From an uncultured Hyphomonas sp. (GTDB lineage Bacteria; Pseudomonadota; Alphaproteobacteria; Caulobacterales; Hyphomonadaceae): a stretch of 64,000 nt of DNA. Positions 61,777 to 64,000 of the stretch are shown here, piece after piece (positions within the stretch are counted from its first letter, which is position 1; each line of letters starts with the position of its first letter). The notes under the pieces are model-generated. The model was not told where the DNA came from, ran no database searches, and was given only the letters and a program-made list of their open reading frames with translations. The translations under genes were made by a program, and so were the position numbers. The stretch lies in NCBI GenBank assembly GCA_964567455.1, contig CAZMMU010000010.1, positions 496-64,495 on the forward strand. The letters are read 5' to 3'.

Positions 61777-62100
61777 ATGGACAAATCCCCTTATAAGCCT
61801 ATCGCCCACGCCTTGCTGCGCACCTATAAGGCGACGTTTTCGGTCATCTTTTACGCGTTTGGTGTGCGATGTCGTCATTTGCCGACCTGTTCGGAGTTTG
61901 GCGCCGAGGCCGCTTCGCGCCATGGCTGGTGGGTTGGCGGCTGGATGACACTGGGGCGACTGACGCGCTGCCGGCCGGGCGGCTCGTCGGGCTATGATCC
62001 TGTGCCAGAGGAAAAGCCTCAAGCGCCGTTTTTTGCGCCGTGGAAACTTGCACGCTGGCGAAAGCACGTTAAGTCCTGTTCTCACGATCACACAGAATAG
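61777..62100 (+). CDS. yidD: Membrane protein insertion efficiency factor YidD
   Basis: It has the [11 protein letters not shown] ... [14 protein letters not shown] signature. The start is chosen at [11 protein letters not shown]. Confidence 0.85.
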   Translation: MDKSPYKPIAHALLRTYKATFSVIFYAFGVRCRHLPTCSEFGAEAASRHGWWVGGWMTLGRLTRCRPGGSSGYDPVPEEKPQAPFFAPWKLARWRKHVKSCSHDHTE

Positions 62101-62108
62101 AGACCGAT

Positions 62109-64000
62109 ATGATACAGGTAACGCTCCCCGATGGCTCCGTACGCGATTATGAGGCGGGTGTAACACCGATGGATGTCGCCAAATCGATTTCGAATTCATT
62201 GGCCAAAAAAGTGTTGGTCGCGCGGGTCAATGGCGACCTCTATGACATCACACGGCCGTTAGAGGGGCATGTGTCGGTCGAGCTTCTGACTGCGAAAGAC
62301 CCCGATGGGCTGGAGTTGATCAGGCATGATGCTGCGCATGTTCTGGCTCAGGCTGTACAAGAATTGTTTCCCGGAACACAGGTGACGATCGGGCCGACAA
62401 TCGAAGACGGTTTCTATTACGATTTTGCCCGTGAAGAGCCGTTCTCGACGGACGACTTTGAAAAGATCGAAAAGAAAATGGCGCAGATTATCGACGCCGA
62501 CTATCCGATCATTCGCGAAGTCTGGCAAAAAGGGCAAGCGATCGAAACGTTCAAATCTATCGGCGAGGATTACAAAGCCCAGATCATTGATGATATTATC
62601 CCCGAAGGTGAGGCGATCACGGTCTATCGCCAGGGTGACTGGTATGATCTGTGCCGCGGACCGCACTTGGCGTCGACCGGGAAGCTGCCAAAAGCCTTCA
62701 AGCTGATGAAGCTCGCAGGGGCTTATTGGCGTGGGGATTCCAACAATGAGATGCTCCAGCGCATTTACGGGACAGCATGGGCTGACCCTAAGCAGCTAAA
62801 AGCGCACCTGACCAAGCTCGAAGAAGCCGAAAAACGTGACCACCGGAAACTCGCCACGCAACTTGAACTGTTCCATCTCGATGGACAGGCCGCAGCCGGC
62901 TCGGTGTTCTGGCACCCCAAAGGCTATCAGATCTGGTTGCAGGTCGAGGCGTATTTGCGGCGGCGGCTCGACATTGAAGGCTATGATGAGGTCAAATCTC
63001 CTCAATTAATGGACGCAGCCCAGTGGGAAAAGTCTGGCCATTGGGGGAAGTTCCGCGAGAACATGTTTGTCGTGCCTGATTTTGCGCCTGATGGTGAGGG
63101 CGACGTGATCGTCCCTGCGGATGCAAAATTGATGGCAATCAAGCCAATGAACTGTCCGGCCCATGTCGAGATATTCAAACAAGGCCAGAAGTCTTATCGC
63201 GACTTGCCCTTACGCTTGTCGGAATATGGTTGCTGCCATCGCAATGAGCCGCACGGTGCCCTGCATGGCATTATGCGTGTTCGGCAATTTACCCAGGATG
63301 ACGGGCACATTTTCTGCCGTGAGGATCAGATTGTCAGCGAGACCCAGAAATTCTGCGCGCTCCTGCAAAGCGTCTATGATGATTTTGGTTTTACCGATGT
63401 TGCAGTGAAATTGTCGACCCGTCCAGAGGTTCGGGCAGGTGATGATGAGACATGGGACCGTGCCGAGAAATCACTCGAAGATGCCATCATCGCTTCTGGT
63501 CTTCCTTACAAGATTCTGGAAGGCGAGGGCGCGTTTTATGGACCAAAGCTTGAATTCCAGCTCACAGATGCGATTGGTCGCGTTTGGCAGTGTGGAACGT
63601 TGCAACTCGACTATGTGGTGCCCGGGCGCCTTGGGGCGGACTATATCGGCGAAGATGGTCAGAAATATGTGCCCGTTATGCTGCACCGTGCGATCTTGGG
63701 GTCAATGGAGCGCTTTATCGGCATCCTGATCGAGGAATTTGCCGGCGCTTTTCCGCTCTGGATGGCGCCGGTTCAAATTGTTGTGGCGTCTATCTCCGAG
63801 GGGGCGGGAGATTATGCCGAAGCGGCTGCCGCCGAGCTTCGCGCCGCCGGGTTGCGGGTTGAAACAGATTTGCGGTCTGAAAAGATAAACTACAAGGTCC
63901 GCGAGCACTCTGTGAAAAAAGTACCGATCATCGCCGTGGTTGGCGCGAAAGAAGCCGAAGAAGGAACATTGGCCCTGAGACGCTTCGGGTCAAAGGCGCA
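62109..64000 (+). CDS. thrS: Threonine--tRNA ligase (3' end beyond the window)
   Basis: It is not in the ORF track because the frame is still open at the window edge. My own translation from the ATG at 62109 is [46 protein letters not shown] (TGS domain). Then come [21 protein letters not shown] and the class II core ([23 protein letters not shown]). Confidence 0.93.
   Translation, partial: MIQVTLPDGSVRDYEAGVTPMDVAKSISNSLAKKVLVARVNGDLYDITRPLEGHVSVELLTAKDPDGLELIRHDAAHVLAQAVQELFPGTQVTIGPTIEDGFYYDFAREEPFSTDDFEKIEKKMAQIIDADYPIIREVWQKGQAIETFKSIGEDYKAQIIDDIIPEGEAITVYRQGDWYDLCRGPHLASTGKLPKAFKLMKLAGAYWRGDSNNEMLQRIYGTAWADPKQLKAHLTKLEEAEKRDHRKLATQLELFHLDGQAAAGSVFWHPKGYQIWLQVEAYLRRRLDIEGYDEVKSPQLMDAAQWEKSGHWGKFRENMFVVPDFAPDGEGDVIVPADAKLMAIKPMNCPAHVEIFKQGQKSYRDLPLRLSEYGCCHRNEPHGALHGIMRVRQFTQDDGHIFCREDQIVSETQKFCALLQSVYDDFGFTDVAVKLSTRPEVRAGDDETWDRAEKSLEDAIIASGLPYKILEGEGAFYGPKLEFQLTDAIGRVWQCGTLQLDYVVPGRLGADYIGEDGQKYVPVMLHRAILGSMERFIGILIEEFAGAFPLWMAPVQIVVASISEGAGDYAEAAAAELRAAGLRVETDLRSEKINYKVREHSVKKVPIIAVVGAKEAEEGTLALRRFGSKA

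Overview
This is a dense chromosomal window that looks alphaproteobacterial. The evidence is the gene order murB / ddl-ftsQ-ftsA-ftsZ-lpxC-bamD-recN-ligA, a GTTC-N7-GTTC SOS box in front of recN, and yidD directly upstream of thrS. GC content was not computed, and the taxon is an inference.

Most of the window is housekeeping:
- the end of the division/cell-wall cluster
- recN and ligA
- aminopeptidase P, udk, rnhB and qor
- a complete branched-chain 2-oxoacid dehydrogenase operon (bkdA1-bkdA2-bkdB-lpdV)
- a nucleoside salvage trio (phosphoribosyltransferase, nucleoside hydrolase, ribokinase)
- an iorAB-type molybdo-oxidoreductase
- accA, dut, ggt, yidD and thrS (3' truncated by the window edge)

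Two loci stand out.

1. A 13.7-kb pfa-type (PUFA-synthase-like) iterative PKS/FAS locus at 38044-51707. It has an unusual, compact domain layout: PfaD-type ER, then KS-AT-ACP-ACP, then a KR in the -1 frame, then KS-CLF-AT-DH-DH, plus a convergent Sfp-type PPTase. The KR has no usable start codon for about 300 nt. It is reachable from the upstream ORF through a U UUU UUU heptamer two codons before that ORF's stop.

2. A polyamine-type module at 19975-24055. It holds a pyruvoyl AdoMet decarboxylase, a rhomboid protease fused to a GNAT acetyltransferase, a small membrane protein with an Arg/Ser-rich tail, and a membrane-anchored aminopropyltransferase.

Smaller observations:
- two paralogous PspB-like mini-proteins that share an upstream AT-rich motif
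- an orphan strong intrinsic terminator in a 415-bp unassigned gap
- an orphan ACP
- a TonB-dependent receptor inserted antisense inside the dcw cluster
- a recurrent 4-nt overlap of convergent stop codons

I recognised no rRNA, tRNA, CRISPR array, transposase or integrase. Many long antisense ORFs in the track are shadow ORFs of the genes listed.
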